Assembly (NCBI GenBank): GCA_951804945.1
Contig: OX638151.1
Coordinates: 112,840,001 to 112,904,000, forward strand
Origin: Podarcis cretensis
Lineage: Eukaryota
Direction: 5' to 3'
Length of the DNA stretch: 64,000 nucleotides
Position numbers and translations under genes: made by a program. The notes beneath the pieces are model-generated. The model was not told the DNA's origin, did not search any database, and worked only from the letters and a program-made list of their open reading frames with translations. This document shows, piece by piece, positions 1-13,621 of the stretch. Each line of letters starts with the position of its first letter. Within the stretch, counting starts at the first letter, position 1.

Positions 1-1582
1 TAGGTGCATAGGAATGCCTGCTTTCCTTATGTGTCGGTGTTATTTGGGTAGAAATAATAGTGGTAGAAATCTGAGAAAAAGACTACATTTTACCAATTTT
101 GGGGTCCCTTCCAGATCTACAGTTCTACTTTGAGATGCCAGGGACTGAAGCCAGAGGCCTTTTGCAAACAAAATATTTGTTCCTCCACTGAGCAATAGCC
201 CTTCCCCAATTCCATCCTCGACTGGCATGGTTTAGGGAAGTCATGTGAACAAACAAAAGCTAGAGACTGCTTCATTGCAGCAGCTGTATCTGTGATGTTC
301 TATCATGTACTATCATGTTCTAATTATTTATTGTGTGTAAGCTGTGTATTGCCATGGTCTCTGTCATACCAGTTTTGCAGACTTCGGAGGCAGAGTGAGC
401 AGTAGCTGGGAATAGCCAACTCAATAGTTTTGCAACCATAACATCTAATAAACTAATAAAACTAATAAAAAACACACAGCCCTTACTGTGCATAAACTTC
501 TTTCTTTTATTTTTTTAAACAAATCTATATGGTAATGAATATACACACGTCAAGCCAATCCAGTTATGCAACCCATGAAAAGAAAAATAAATGAGTAAAG
601 GCTACTTGACCCTACTGCATCTTCTTTAAATTCCTGTTGCCTGAAATTGACGTTATGTCAATTGGAGCTGCAGGGATCATGACTAATTTAGAAGCACATA
701 TCATCTTGGACTCCCATCTTTAGCCTCTTGACTTTAAAAGGTCTGCTCTTGACATTTCAAAAAACAATCTTCTAAACAGAAAACACAGTGTATGACGGTG
801 TACGTATTAAGGAAGTCTAAAATTGACTGCTGCCCTTCCTATTCTTGCTGGGAAATGAAATCTATACACAGCTGCTGTTTCTTCTTCTTCACAACAACAA
901 CATGCCCAAAGCTGCTCAAAATAAAACTGAAAATTTCAAAAAAAGTATCTTAATAAGATGTAACATTTTATTACAAAGATTAGTAAGTGAGCATTGAGGT
1001 TCTATTTGGCCACATGATAACCAATAGCCACTGATAGACCAATCCTCCATGAATTGTCTAACTATTAAATCTATCTATGGTAAGTAAGTGCTTGGATTGG
1101 TGACAAAGGAAGTCCTATCATGAACACAGGAATTACACAACCTTTTTTTCATATCAAGCATCGCTAGGACCCCTTAAGACAGCACAGCTGTTGATTTTTC
1201 CACTTATTTAAAATTATTCTTTGTGATTTGGCATTTGCTCAGCTGAGAAGGTAAGTTCTAAAATAAACTCAAGTGCATTTGAGGCAACAGAAAAGTAGTA
1301 TTAAGTAAAACAAGCAATTACATATTCCATTTCCCATTAACTAAAAAGTTATATGAGTCATTCTTGGCTTTCTTCCTTAGAGACATATTAGAGGGTAATT
1401 TAAATGAGCACGTTTTATTGGTTTTACTATACACAGATGCTACTGTTTCCACAATATGTATATTATTACATTATTGCACAAATGATATTATACTTCTATC
1501 ATTTTCAATATGGAGTGCACCTGCAGGACAATAGCACTGATAGTATGGTTTCATGAGAATCTTATTAATAGAGGAAATATAG

Positions 1583-1964
1583 AAAAACTAAGATCATGGC
1601 CACTGGTCCCATCAACTCCTGGCAAATAGAAGGGGAAGAAATGGAGACAGTGAGAGATTTTACTTTGTTGGGCTCCATGATCTCTGCAGATGGTGACAGC
1701 AGTCACGGAATTAAAAGATACCTGCTTCTTGGGAGAAAGGTGAAGACAGCATCTTAAAAAGCAGAGGCATCACCTTGCCGACAAAGGTCCGCATAGTTAA
1801 AGCTATGGTTTTCCCAGTAGTGATGTATGGAAGTGAGAGCTGGACCATAAAGAAGGCTGATCGCCGAAGAATTGATGTTTTTGAATTATGGTGCTGGAGG
1901 AGACTCTTGAGAGTCCCATGGACTGCAAGAAGATCAAACCTCTCCATTCTGAAGGAAATCAGCC
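1583..1964 (+). mobile_element. Bov-B (RTE) LINE 3' fragment, left part (interrupted by L2)
   Basis: Translates to PTKVRIVKAMVFPVVMYGSESWTIKKADRRRIDVFELWCWRRLLRVPWTARRSN, typical of the Bov-B RT C-terminus. Confidence 0.92.
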
Positions 1965-2217
1965 TGCGAGAGGCCAAGTTGCAGGGAACCAGGCAGAGGG
2001 CCTTCTCGGTGGTGGCGCCCGCCCTGTGGAATGCCCTCCCATCGGATGTCAAGGCGATGGACAACTACCTGACATTCAGAAAACATCTGAAGGCAGCCCT
2101 GTTCAGGGAAGTTTTTAATATGTGACATTTTAGTGTATTTTTCATCTCTGTTGGAAGCCGCCCAGAGTGGCTGGGGAAACCCAGCCAGATGGGCGGGGTA
2201 CAAATAATAAATTATTA
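1965..2217 (+). mobile_element. L2-clade LINE 3' end nested in Bov-B
   Basis: QRAFSVVAPALWNALP...FRKHLKAALF motif, 3' UTR and (tta) tail; same family as 51210-51484. Confidence 0.85.
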
Positions 2218-2493
2218 TGAGTGCTCACTGGGAGGACAGATCCTGAAGCTGAGGCTCCAATGCTTTGGCCACCTCATGGGAAGAGAAGACTCCCTGGAAA
2301 AGACCCTGATGTTGGGAAAGATTGAGGGCACAAGGAGAAGGGGACGACAGAGAACGAGATGGCTGGACAGTGTTCTCGAAGCTACTAACATGAGTTTGAT
2401 CAAACTACGGGAGGCAGTGGAAGACAGGAGTACCTGGCTTGCTCTGGTCCATGGGGTCACGAAGAGTCTGACATGACTAAACGACTAAACAAC
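2218..2493 (+). mobile_element. Bov-B LINE 3' fragment, right part
   Basis: Resumes at tgagtgctcactgg; DSLEKTLMLGKIEGTRRRGRQRTRWLDSV; ends gactaaacaac. Confidence 0.92.
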
Positions 2494-2504
2494 AGTAAGA
2501 GGGA

Positions 2505-2734
2505 ACAGGGAACCAGGCAGAGGGCCTTCTCGGTAGTGGCGCCCTCCCTGTGGAATGCCCTCCCACCAGATGTCAAAGAGAACAACAACTACCAGACTTT
2601 TAGAAGACATCTGAAGGCAGCCCTGTTTAGGGATGCTTTTAATGTTTGATGTATCATAGTATTTTAATATTCTTTTGGAAGCCGCCCAGAGTGGCTGGGG
2701 AGGCCCAGCCAGATGGGCAGGGTATAAATAATAA

Positions 2735-2777
<43 letters not shown>
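2505..2777 (+). mobile_element. L2-clade LINE 3' end with long (TTA)n tail
   Basis: Similar to 1965-2217; (tta)n tail at about 2735-2777. Confidence 0.85.
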
Positions 2778-4270
2778 GAGAAACTAGAGTAGGCTTATAT
2801 TATCAAGGCAGAAAACAGGACAGGAAAAACAAATTATAGAGTGGGGCAGGGGAGGCCTGTGATCCTCTAGATGTTGTCAGAACTGACTGTTGGCCATGCT
2901 GGCTGGGGTTGATAAAAAGTTGGACTCCAACCGAAGTCATCCAGACAGGTTGTCATCCCTGCCATATAGAATATCTAACTCTTACATTTCTAGACATAAG
3001 TGAGTGTTCCAGATGTGCCTTTACCTCATGTACTCTTAAATTACATTATGCCATGGCTAGATACCCTTTTGCATTTGTGTCGGAAACTTCTGGTACATTG
3101 TTGAATCTGTTGCAGCACAATCTTAACCATGTCTATTCAGAGACAAATCCTATTTAATTCAACGGGGCTTACTCACAGGTAAGCCAACACAAAAGACAGA
3201 ATCCAAGTTAAAAGGGGACTGAACACTCTTTTCCCTAGCAAGTTTATATATGTCACCAAGTTCACCTCCATTTCACTTCAGAAGATCTCCTGAAATGTTT
3301 CTTATATGCGTGGCAGCCATGTTTGTCCTTCATTGTATGCCCTGTTTGCACATGAATGAGTGCAACTGTGTCTAATTTTCACATGAAAAGGGATCTGTGG
3401 CTAAGGGAAGCTGAACTTATCCCTGCATCACCTCCACACATTACTTCAGTTGCTTCTCCCTGCACCATTCAATCTCAGTTCAGGTATTGGAACCTGCTGG
3501 GCTAGAGTAATGTGTGAATATTCAGATACATGCATATATGAGAGAAACATGCATGGGATGTCATGAGACATGGGAAACTTGGCAGAGAGAAAAGAGTGCA
3601 ACAATGCTGGTGGATTCAGCTCCACCTATGTGTTTCCTTCTGATGTCAGAAGTACACCCCCATCCCATATTAGACACGAACAGGGCAGACACGTAAACAG
3701 CAAACACATCTGCCTACAGGAGGTCCAGTTTTGCTTTTAATGAAAGTGGAGTGTTTGGTACAACAGATTTGAGGGGGGAAATTAAGATGAAGGGGAGCTT
3801 TGGAATGCCACTTTTGTAGGCTATTTTTGATGTGTTGTTTTTTGCATCATTCAAGTCTGTACATCAATCCTGCTCCTCTCACTTGTCCCTAACCCCCTAA
3901 GCACTCACTGCACCCCTCATTGTGAAACAGTGCTAATGAAACTGGGATACAGACGCAGCCTCGGTACTGCGGGGATTTTTGTTATGAATCCACAATAGTC
4001 GTTCTGCACCAGCACGGCCACATTCAACACAGAAGCAGTCCAACTGCCGACGGTTGCTGACAGCAGCTGTTCCTTTCAGTGCCAACCATCACCAAAAAGT
4101 AAAACACTAGAGTATTTGTCAGGCTATGGCTTGCTTATGTTCAATTCTGAATCCTATCTTATTTTTGTTTGTTGCTTTACTGTATGTGTATGGTTGGCTC
4201 ACAGAACAATAACTAAGATGTGGTGCAGAAATACAAAATATAATAATTAAAATGATATATCCTGAGAGTG

Positions 4271-4780
4271 ACAGCAATCACGATATTAAAAGACGCCTGC
4301 TCCTTGGGAGAAAGGCGATAGGAAACCTAGACAGCATCTTAAAAAGCAGAGACATCACCTTGCCAACAAAGGTCCGTATAGTTAAAGCCATGGTTTTCCC
4401 AGTAGTGATGTATGGAAGTGAGAGTTGGACCATAAAGAAGGCTGATCATCGAAGAATTGATGCTTTTGAATTATGGTGCTGGAGGAGACTCTTGAGAGTC
4501 CCATGGACTGCAAGAAGATCAAACCGATCCATTCTTAAGGAAATCAGCCCTCATGAGAAGAGAAGACTCCCTGGAAAAGACCCTGATGTTGGGAAAAATT
4601 TGAGGTCACAAGGAGAAGGGGACGACAGAGGATGAGATGGTTGGACAGTGTTCTTGAAGCTACAAACATGAGTCTGACCAAACTGCGGGAGGCAGTGGAA
4701 GACAGGAGTGCCTGGCGTGCTCTGGTCCATGGGGTCACGAAGAGTTGGACACGACTAAACGACTAAACAACAACAACAAA
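4271..4780 (+). mobile_element. Bov-B LINE 3' fragment
   Basis: Bov-B ORF remnant, (caa)n tail, TSD atcctga[g/t]agtg (4259-4270 / 4781-4792), 56-nt internal deletion. Confidence 0.92.
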
Positions 4781-6070
4781 ATCCTGATAGTGTTGCCAAA
4801 TGTTAATCAAGTCACAAGGCACCTTGGTGAATCATTTTCAAAATGTGTGCTGCCTTGAATTATTCCTTTTTTAAATAAGTAATAAGCAGAAGCTGAGCTA
4901 GCTCTGGCTACCTTTGCATGCAGTCGCATGCAGTCGGAGAAAAGCAGCCAGCAGTCATCTTTGAATGTGTACACATAAATATGCAGACAATATTGCTCTT
5001 TCTGTATCCATGAACTTGTTGTGTAGTGGTGTGAAAAGATCAGCCAATCCAGCCTTTGGATTTGTGTATATGCTTATGATTAAAATATGGGTCTGAGTGA
5101 GTCAGCTTCTGTCTTGCTAAGATCCAGAACACTTGCAAAATCTAAAGGGGCAGCAGATCACAATGTAGATCTTCACTCAACCCTTCTTCCCTGGCTAAAA
5201 ACCTTTGTGGTTTGCCTCAGATGTCAAAATGTCTTGGACTGGCCCTGCCTACTGGTTTAACTGATGTTGTTTCTAAATGAGAATGGTAATGGTGAAAGCT
5301 CAGTCTTCAAAAAACATTATGGAGACTAGGACTCAGAGGTGGAGATGCCATTAGTACTTAGCTTCAAATTTATCTCTGAAGGCCTGAAGCCTGTACTTGA
5401 ATAAAGCCCATAAGTTCTTATTTTAGATACTAAGGGCTTCCACCCCTGCAGTTAGATGTTTTAGACTGAGTCTTCTTTGAGTTCCACCTTGCTAATGGGA
5501 TAAAATGCATTGACAGCACTCAGAATCTGGCTACTACTCTTTCCAGAAATCACCACCTGCCACTTAAAAGTCTTACCATTAATTTGATACTCCCTGCTTC
5601 TTACTTCCTGCGGCACAATAGCCACAGACTTCCTCTGGGGCAACCCAGTCAGATGAGCAGGGTACAATTTTTTTTAAAAAAATACATTATTTTCCTTCCA
5701 AGTCCCCTTCAGTCTTCCTTTCTCACATGTCCATAACTCTACACCACACTTAAACATCTTGCCCTGCAGATGTTGGACTACAACTCCCATAAGCCCCAGC
5801 CTGCATGGCAAGTGGTCAAGGATATGGGAATTGTAGTTCAGGAGTACCTGGAGGCCACCCCTTCTTTACAGTCTTAACTCTTTTCATATCCTGACCTACA
5901 CTCTCCAGTGTACTCCTTCACAGAATATCAAGAGAATGGGCTGAAATCTCACCTTTACCCAGTGGGCACAGGGTGTGAGTGACGAAGTGCTGTGGTTCCT
6001 CTGGAGGAGGGCTTCCCTTTCCTCTTGGAGGGTTACTTCCCCAAGTTCCTGTCTTGGGTTTGCACACGTA

Positions 6071-6330
6071 AAGGTAAAGGGACCCCTGACCATTAGGTCC
6101 AGTTGTGACCGACTCTGGGGTTGTGGCGCTCATCTCGCTTTATTGGCCGAGGGAGCCGGCGTACAGCTTTCGGGTCATGTGGCCAGCATGACTAAGCCGC
6201 TTCTGGCGAACTAGAGCAGCACACGGAAATGCCTTTTACCTTCCCGCCAGAGCGGTACCTATTTATCTACTTGCACTTTCATGTGCTTTTGAACTGCTAG
6301 GTTGGCAGGAGCAGGGACTGAGCAACAGGA
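6071..6330 (-). mobile_element. Sauria SINE, 5'-truncated
   Basis: (ACCTTT)n tail on minus strand, body matches the other copies; TSD gtttgcaca[c/t]gta. Confidence 0.9.
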
Positions 6331-6533
6331 CATGTTTGCACATGTATCTCCTCAGAAATTCAAGGTCCCCTGCAAGTGGCTTCCACTGATAACAAGGATA
6401 GGTCTGGGGCGAAAAGGTCTCGGTGGTGCATAGCCCCAACAACCCTTCCAGCTTAGTAACCTGTTGAAGTGGATGGGAGAGTCATTCTCACTGGCCAAAT
6501 TACTCAGCCTATTCAACAACCCGAGGACACAGG

Positions 6534-6543
6534 TTGTGTGTGT

Positions 6544-6590
<47 letters not shown>

Positions 6591-6597
6591 TGACTGA
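6534..6597. repeat. Compound (GT)(GA)(GACA)n microsatellite
   Basis: Seen directly. Confidence 0.9.
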
Positions 6598-9500
6598 CCA
6601 GGAATCTATGGTGGACCAGGGATCGCTTTCAGACACTCTTCTCCCCCACCTAAGGAGATTGAAATTGTTTGGGGAAAGCTGGAAGTGAACTCTACTCAGA
6701 CCACACTGTTTGCATCAGAGGTTTTTCGGCCTCTTCTGATCAAGGCTTGCAGAGAGCTTCAGCTCACTGGGAGGAATCCATCATGCAGTGGGTGGGAGTG
6801 GGGTTTTGTCCTTATAAATACAGGTAACCTCTTAACAGGCTGCTTTCCATGGCCCAATCCTGTCACCAAGGTCACCTTTGCGGAGTCCTATTTTGCATCC
6901 CGCTGACATTGATTCATGTTGCCAGATGGCAAAAGATGAAGCACAATCATTCAACACAATGTCTGACCTACTTACATGCCTAACAATCTGCTGCCTCATG
7001 CTTGGTAAAAGCGTCAACGCTTTTGAATAAAAATGCAACTTGTTTTCTTAGTTAGCTTAGAGGTAGTGGGCATATTTTGCATTCTGAATGGAAGTGTTCC
7101 AGCAGTAGAAATATTATAATTCCAACAGTTTTCTCTTGTCTTCTTTTTCTTTTCAAAAATTATTATTCAAGGGCATAAAAACACATGGCAAAGTGATGCT
7201 CCCTCATTCCTCGAGGGACGTCCTTTCAAAAGGAATCACAAGTCAACCTTTCTGTAAAAGATGTTAATTGTGAAGTTCCTAGATTAGACCTGTTGGTGTA
7301 AGATGACAGAAAGACAAATATACATCTGTCGGCATGCATGTTCTGAATCAGCTGTCAATAACAATGCTATTTCTAAAGAAGCAAAGCATAGTCACTCCAA
7401 GGAACTCAGATGTGGCATCCAGGTATTGCAAAGTCCCAAGAAGTTGTGAATGATGAGGCAAGCCTGCCCAACCTATAGGGAAGGGCAGTGTAGCACATCC
7501 TTTTGCCTGCCAAGAGTCCTAAATTCAATTCTCATAGGACCTCTTTCTGAGACCTTACAGAGTTGCTGTCAACCAGACTAGAGAGTTGGATGGTTTTGTT
7601 GATACAGGGAAACTTATTATGTCCAAGCCAAACACCAGACAGTCATGTTTGTAAGGATCCATAAGGATCTTGACAAATCAACGCTTCTTTGCTTCCTGTC
7701 TGATGCTAAAAAAAATGGTAGAGCAATACGCACCACCACACGCTTGCTGCACCACCATGTGGGGTTGCATTCAGTTATACGATCATACAATTATTTAGGA
7801 TGGTGTTGTTCATTTGAATGGCAGGAAACATTTCCTATTAACCCAAGCAAAACTCCTTTCTCTGTCATGGTGCAAGCTAGACAAATAGTCCTATGTTTGG
7901 AAGGGCGAAATGGTTTCCCTAAACTATAAAAGTGGATTCAAACGGCTCTTGCCTGCAGTTGGTTACGTGCCAATTTTGCAACATGTGAAAAAGAAATCCT
8001 TCCTTTTGCTTCATGGTGGATGGATTTTGCTTTTCAGGATTTTTCAGTGCTCTCAGATGGGAAAATAGTGTGTTTATTTTATCAAATGGGGTGGTGGGAG
8101 GGAGGGAGGAAGATATGCCATTCTTGATAAAACTTCAGACAAAATGTCAGCAGCAAAGAGGAAAGCATGATTGAAGAGTAACTAATTAAGGAAGAGAATG
8201 ACAAACAAATCAAAATGTTTTGTATGTATGTGCTAAAGCCACTAATTTCCTCTTCCATTCAACTTAGCAACTAATTATCGTTGTCAAAAAAAGCTCACAT
8301 CACTTCAGCAAATCCGTTTTCAAAAAGATGACTGCATGAAGTAAGCTCCAACATAAAAATGTGGGTAAATTAGGGGGGGGGGGAGTTGGAACTGGAGGTG
8401 ACAATTCAGAAAGTGTGAAATTTACTCCAGGAGCAGTGCTCACATACAACCCTTCGTTTGCCAAAAAGCACCTTGCAATGATAAGGTGTATAATGATACA
8501 CTTGTAATGATACACTGTGGATACCTTCCTTTAAAATGGTGGCTCCATGTAGGCATACTTTAAGAATCTGATCTTTTATAATTCTAGTATAAACTGACCT
8601 CGTTTGCACTAATCTGTAAATTGGCACCTCATTATGCACCAGCTTTTGCAGTCCCCAATCATTTTGATGGTTCAAAAGTGCATAAAATATGTTAACAAGT
8701 GTGCTATTTTGAAAGGAAATAAATTTGAGGTGAACACATTTCAAAAGAAAATAAATTTCAAATATATACACACATACAATTTAAATGCAAATTCCGATGC
8801 AGATTTAAACAAAACTGAATGTATTCGTGAGTGAATACTGGAACCAGAATAATGTTGGATAGAAACCCCTCATTCTGAGGGACAATTCAACCCCATGAAA
8901 AGGTGGATGTTCCAGAAATTTCCATGATGTATTTGAGGAGGGTTTGGAAAAGCCTTTCCCCCATTTTAAACTTTGAAAATGGTCTCACTCATGCATCGAA
9001 GATGCTTGAAGACCACAGGAACCTCTTAACTTGGCCATATAGCCTGCAGAGGCAGGTCAGAATGCCAATGGGATGTCTATTTTCATGCCTCCTGCAAATG
9101 ATACTGCTGACTCAGATATTGACCCCTGGCTGACTTTGACAATGTCCTTGCCTCTGGTTCCTCTGTTTGCCCGCTCAGAAACTTTCTCCATGGACCCTCG
9201 GATCCTGGAATTTGAGCTTGCCCATCTTAGACTACACCCCTGTCCTCGACTCATCCCAGAATGGCAGCTCAAGGTAGATTCTTTTGAGGCCTGACTCACT
9301 GTTTTCAAGGCGGTCTGAATCACTGGCTAGTTGTGATACATCTTAAGTTGAGAAGAGAGTCCTAATTGCCCAATATGCAGAAATTATGAGTGGGAAAACA
9401 GCCTGTGTGGAAAGGATTTAGCATCCTCTTCAGCCTTTCAACTGTGATCAAATTTGGAGTCTCTCCTGGCTACGTTAAAGTGAAAATAAAAACAGTCAGA

Positions 9501-10791
9501 AGGCCTCCACATCATCTAGTTGGGCCTCAACAACTCTACATGCACACATATCCCCAAGTTAAGAAATCACTGGAAGCTATTAGCACATTCTACTCCAAGA
9601 TATAAGCATGAAAAGCAAGAATTAAGCTCACTGTCTCCCTTTTGCCTAATGCTACAGTAAAATCAATGTGCTAATCTACCTCCTGAAGGCTCTACACCAC
9701 TCTAGTAATTTGCCTTTTCATAATTTATTTCACCTGAAGAGGGAAAATTCAGATTTCTTTTTTTCATATAGAGACAGATGTTACAAATGACAAGACGTAC
9801 AAATTAGGAAGAAGGTGTAAAGGAAACAAAAAACATGATCAAAGCCTAGAGGCCATGTGAAGAGAGGTGGAACTGTGGGACTTGCCCCTCCTGGGTTTTG
9901 TGAAGGACAATATAATTAATTGGTTCAAAAAAAGGGGTCAGGCAAGTTAATGTGTGGTAGATTTATCAGCATGTATTAACCAAGAGGGCAAAGGAATGCA
10001 TTATTCTCCACCATGTGCCTAGATCTCTTGATGGACAGAAGTTAGACATGAACGACTTGGGGGAAAGAACAAGAAGATGGGACCATTCTCCTCACTCAAT
10101 ATGACTTTAAAAATCTTTTGTTTCTTGTGGAAATTCTTTTAATAAAAACATAAAAAAGACACAAAGTAGGTTATATATTTCAAGTACCCTTGGGATATGT
10201 CCTCTTCTTTTCTGCTGGATCTTTGTCAAAACTGACACCTTGACACTGCCTGAGAATGGGACAACTTAAATTTGAGACAATGGAAGAACAAGAAACAGAG
10301 TTTTAAAACACCCTGTCTGGTCTGGGATACAAGAACACTTGTATTTGTTGACAGTGTGGGCATGGCAGTCTCTCCCCAGCTTTAAGGGGACAGCACCAAT
10401 GAAAGGGTATACTGGGAAATTTCACTGTCCTTCAATGAAGTAGCATTAGAATGAGGTCATAATGGCCAGTCACTTTTCTTCAGATACAAAGCATCAGATT
10501 GAGGTCACAATGGCCAGAGTCTTTCCTTCAAGTGGGCAGCTTGGGAGCACATTGGTCAGACAACTGGTGGTTGCACAACTCTTCCTCTTTCATGGAGGCT
10601 GGTAGAAGCAAGAGTCTGATGAGTACAGCCTCCTTCTTGAGAGCAGTGAGCACATACAGGATGCTGTAGCCACAGCCTCTGTCTCTGACTGAGGTGGACA
10701 GTAGCCATGGGTGCACAAAATGGCCACACTGAATTGAGCAGCAACATGTGGGCAGAGAAGCAGCAAGCAAAGAAGAGAGCTGGCAAACACC

Positions 10792-11838
10792 TGGTATTTA
10801 ACTCAGAGTAGGCTTGCTAAGGTGGGGCGTGGGTAGCGCTGTGGGTTAAACCACAGAGCCTAGGACTTGCTGATCAGAAGGTCGGCAGTTCGAATCCCCG
10901 CGACGGGGTGAGCTCCTGTTGCTCAGTCCCAGCTCCTGCCAACCTAGCAGTTCGAAAGCACGTCAAAGTACAAGTAGATAAATAGGTACTGCTCCGGCGG
11001 GAAGGTAAACGGCGTTTCCGTGCGCTGCTCTGGTTCGCCAGAAGTGGCTTAGTCATGCTGGCCACATGACCTGGAAGCTGTACACCGGCTCCCTCAGCCA
11101 ATAGAGCAAGATGAGCAACACAACCCCAGAGTCGGCCACGACTGGACCTAATGGTCAGGGGTCCGTTTACCCTTTACCTTTACCTAGGCTTGCTAAGATG
11201 TATAAGACTGAATCAGTTAAGCGCTGGAGATGCAAAGAGATAGAAGGAATGTTCTTTCAAATGTGGTGGACTTGTAAAAGAGTACTGGAAAATGATCCAT
11301 AATGAATTGAAAAAAATGTTTAAAGTACTTTCCAACACACACCCCTCCCAAGTCCTTTCTGTTGGGGATAATTCAGACTGAAATTCCCAGGTGTCAAAAA
11401 AGGTTATTTATGTATGCCACTACTGCGGCCCGTGTTTTGTTAAGCCAAAATTGGAAAGTGAGCGAGGTCCCAACCAAAAAAGAATGGCAACTGAAGTTGA
11501 CAGAATATGCGCAGCTTGCAGACTTAACATACAGAATAAGAGAACAAGAAGAATGTATGTTTAGAGAAGATTGGAAAATGTTTATTGAATATATGGGAAA
11601 TAACTGTGTACAGCTGAAAATGCCAGCAGCATTAATGTAAATTAAACAGTGTAATTAAGCTATGATGGATGTAATAATGGACTACTGAATGGTATAGTTT
11701 CTGTAAAATATGCAGGGATTTATGATATGTAAAATGAACCATGGAAAGAGAAGATGGGAAGTCATTGATATTTTAAGGATGTGAAAAGAAATACTTTAAA
11801 TTGCAAAACAGAAAATTTAATAAAAATTATAAACAAAA
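10792..11838 (+). mobile_element. L1-clade LINE 3' fragment interrupted by a Sauria SINE
   Basis: WYLTQSRLAKMY...WRCKEIEGMFFQMWWTC (degenerate CCHC region), LFMYATTAARVLL..NWK; A-rich tail. Confidence 0.8.
10822..11184 (+). mobile_element. Sauria SINE, full length
   Basis: tRNA-like head with B box gttcgaatcc, (accttt) tail, 13-bp TSD taggcttgctaag. Confidence 0.93.
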
Positions 11839-12989
11839 GGAGGAGGAGGAGGAGAGCTAGCAAACAGATACTCCAGGTACTAAAATGGTCTACTGAAAGC
11901 AAGTACCCCAGTGTAATTTAAAGGCACAGAGACATTTCACAGTCGTTTTTTTTTTCTTTTTAAAATAATAATAATAATTAAGGCATATGTACTTCTTTCC
12001 TTAAAGGCAAATTATATACAGTTTTGAGGATGTGGAAGAAATGGCTGACTTCTGTATGGAGCTCCACTTAAAGTTTGTCTGGCTTGTGAGTAGGGTGGCT
12101 AGTTGCAGAAGATTACAGGTTCCCAACCCCATTAATGCATGTGTAGAAGAAAGAATTTCAGCAAGTATCACTTGTAGCAAGTATAGCTTGTCACACAAAC
12201 GACGCCTTGCTGAAATGCACTACTAAAAGTGCAGGAGCCCAGTCCTGTCTGCCATCTGGCCACCATCTTTACAGGTGCTCATATGGCTTGGCATTCTGAC
12301 AGCCAGGCTACACACGACTTTAGCTGCATAGTTTTCTCTTGAGCTCAGAGGTTTTTAAATTTCACACATGGCCAGTGTGGGGCCCTGATTCAGATCAGGA
12401 CCCTAAGATGGGGTTGCTGGTAAAGGGGCCTTAAGCTACACACCCCTCTACAGTGGTCCCAATCCAGATTCCTGTTTTGCCTGCAATTTGCATTGCAAAA
12501 AAGGGTCCCTTTCAATGGGATACAGGATGGGGCCACATCAGGGGCGGAGGGTTAAAAACCTAGCAAATATAATAGGTGCGTGATCCAAACTGGGGGCCCT
12601 TGCCCTTGTAAGTTGGGGGGGGGGAGGGAAGAAACAGACGGAACTATGCAGCTAAGGTTACATGTGGTTTGGCAATAAATATTTCTGGTTTGCAAGTGCT
12701 CAGCTAGTTCCCCTAAGCAAGCACACATATACCAAGGTAGAGTCAGTACACATGATGTCCCCATGGAGGAGACACAATGCCCCTTCACAAAAAGCTTATT
12801 AACGGGGGAAATTGTATTTTCCCCCTTGTGTGAAAGCTACATAAAGCCTTGCACTGTCAAGAGAATAATCAGTGAGTCTCCAGAGTCAGAAAACCATTTG
12901 AAATCGTCCCGAGAGATTTATCAGAACAGGATGAGGACAGCAGAGTTAATACGGTAGGAAAAAAGCAATGTATCTTTTGCAGGCAATAT

Positions 12990-13490
12990 GTTGTATGGTG
13001 AGGCCCCGTGAGCACTCTGTACCCTATGGGGCAAATAACTAGACAATACACGTTATATTAGTTTGGGATCAAATAAGGCCACAACTTTATTGGTTACAGA
13101 TGTGAAGGTTTGGCCAAAAGCATTGAGGTAAGCAACTGTATATGTCACTCCCACCTGTCCACTGGGAGTCTTTCTAAAGGTGAAACCAGTGGGGGGGGGA
13201 CAAACCCTATGACCTACATCAAATCAGGGCATCCCCTAGGCAGTCCCCGTTGGAGGAGTGGTATGGACCTAGCCCCCATCTGGGCATTGGACAGGAGCTG
13301 CTACTCCCGGATCCTTTTAACAGGATACCCTTACCCGTGGTGGGGCAGGCAGAGGCTGAAACCAACCAAGACTAGGCTTACCCAATGCCTATGCACCTTG
13401 CAAAGTTGTGATGATTGCTATGAGGTATGCAAAAACCCAAATGGCAGTGCTAATTTGCCAGATGGGAAAAATTCCTGCCCAATCCCTCAA
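12990..13490 (-). mobile_element. LTR-like repeat, boundaries approximate
   Basis: Shares ctgtaa[c/t]caataaagttgtggcc (polyA-signal region) with the element at 57 kb. Confidence 0.4.
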
Positions 13491-13621
13491 TCCAGAACAA
13501 CAAACCCCTGTGTTGCAAACTTGACACAATAAACAACACAAGCAACACAAAGACCAGTATACTAGATAGCACTGCAATGCTTATTGCATAATATACATAA
13601 TTTAGTACAACAAAAACAAAA

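Noticed and set aside
10822-10910. tRNA genes at the gttcgaatcc motifs (also 15946, 28058, 28492, 33866 and others)
   Set aside because: These are tRNA-derived heads of Sauria SINEs that continue into SINE body and tail with TSDs
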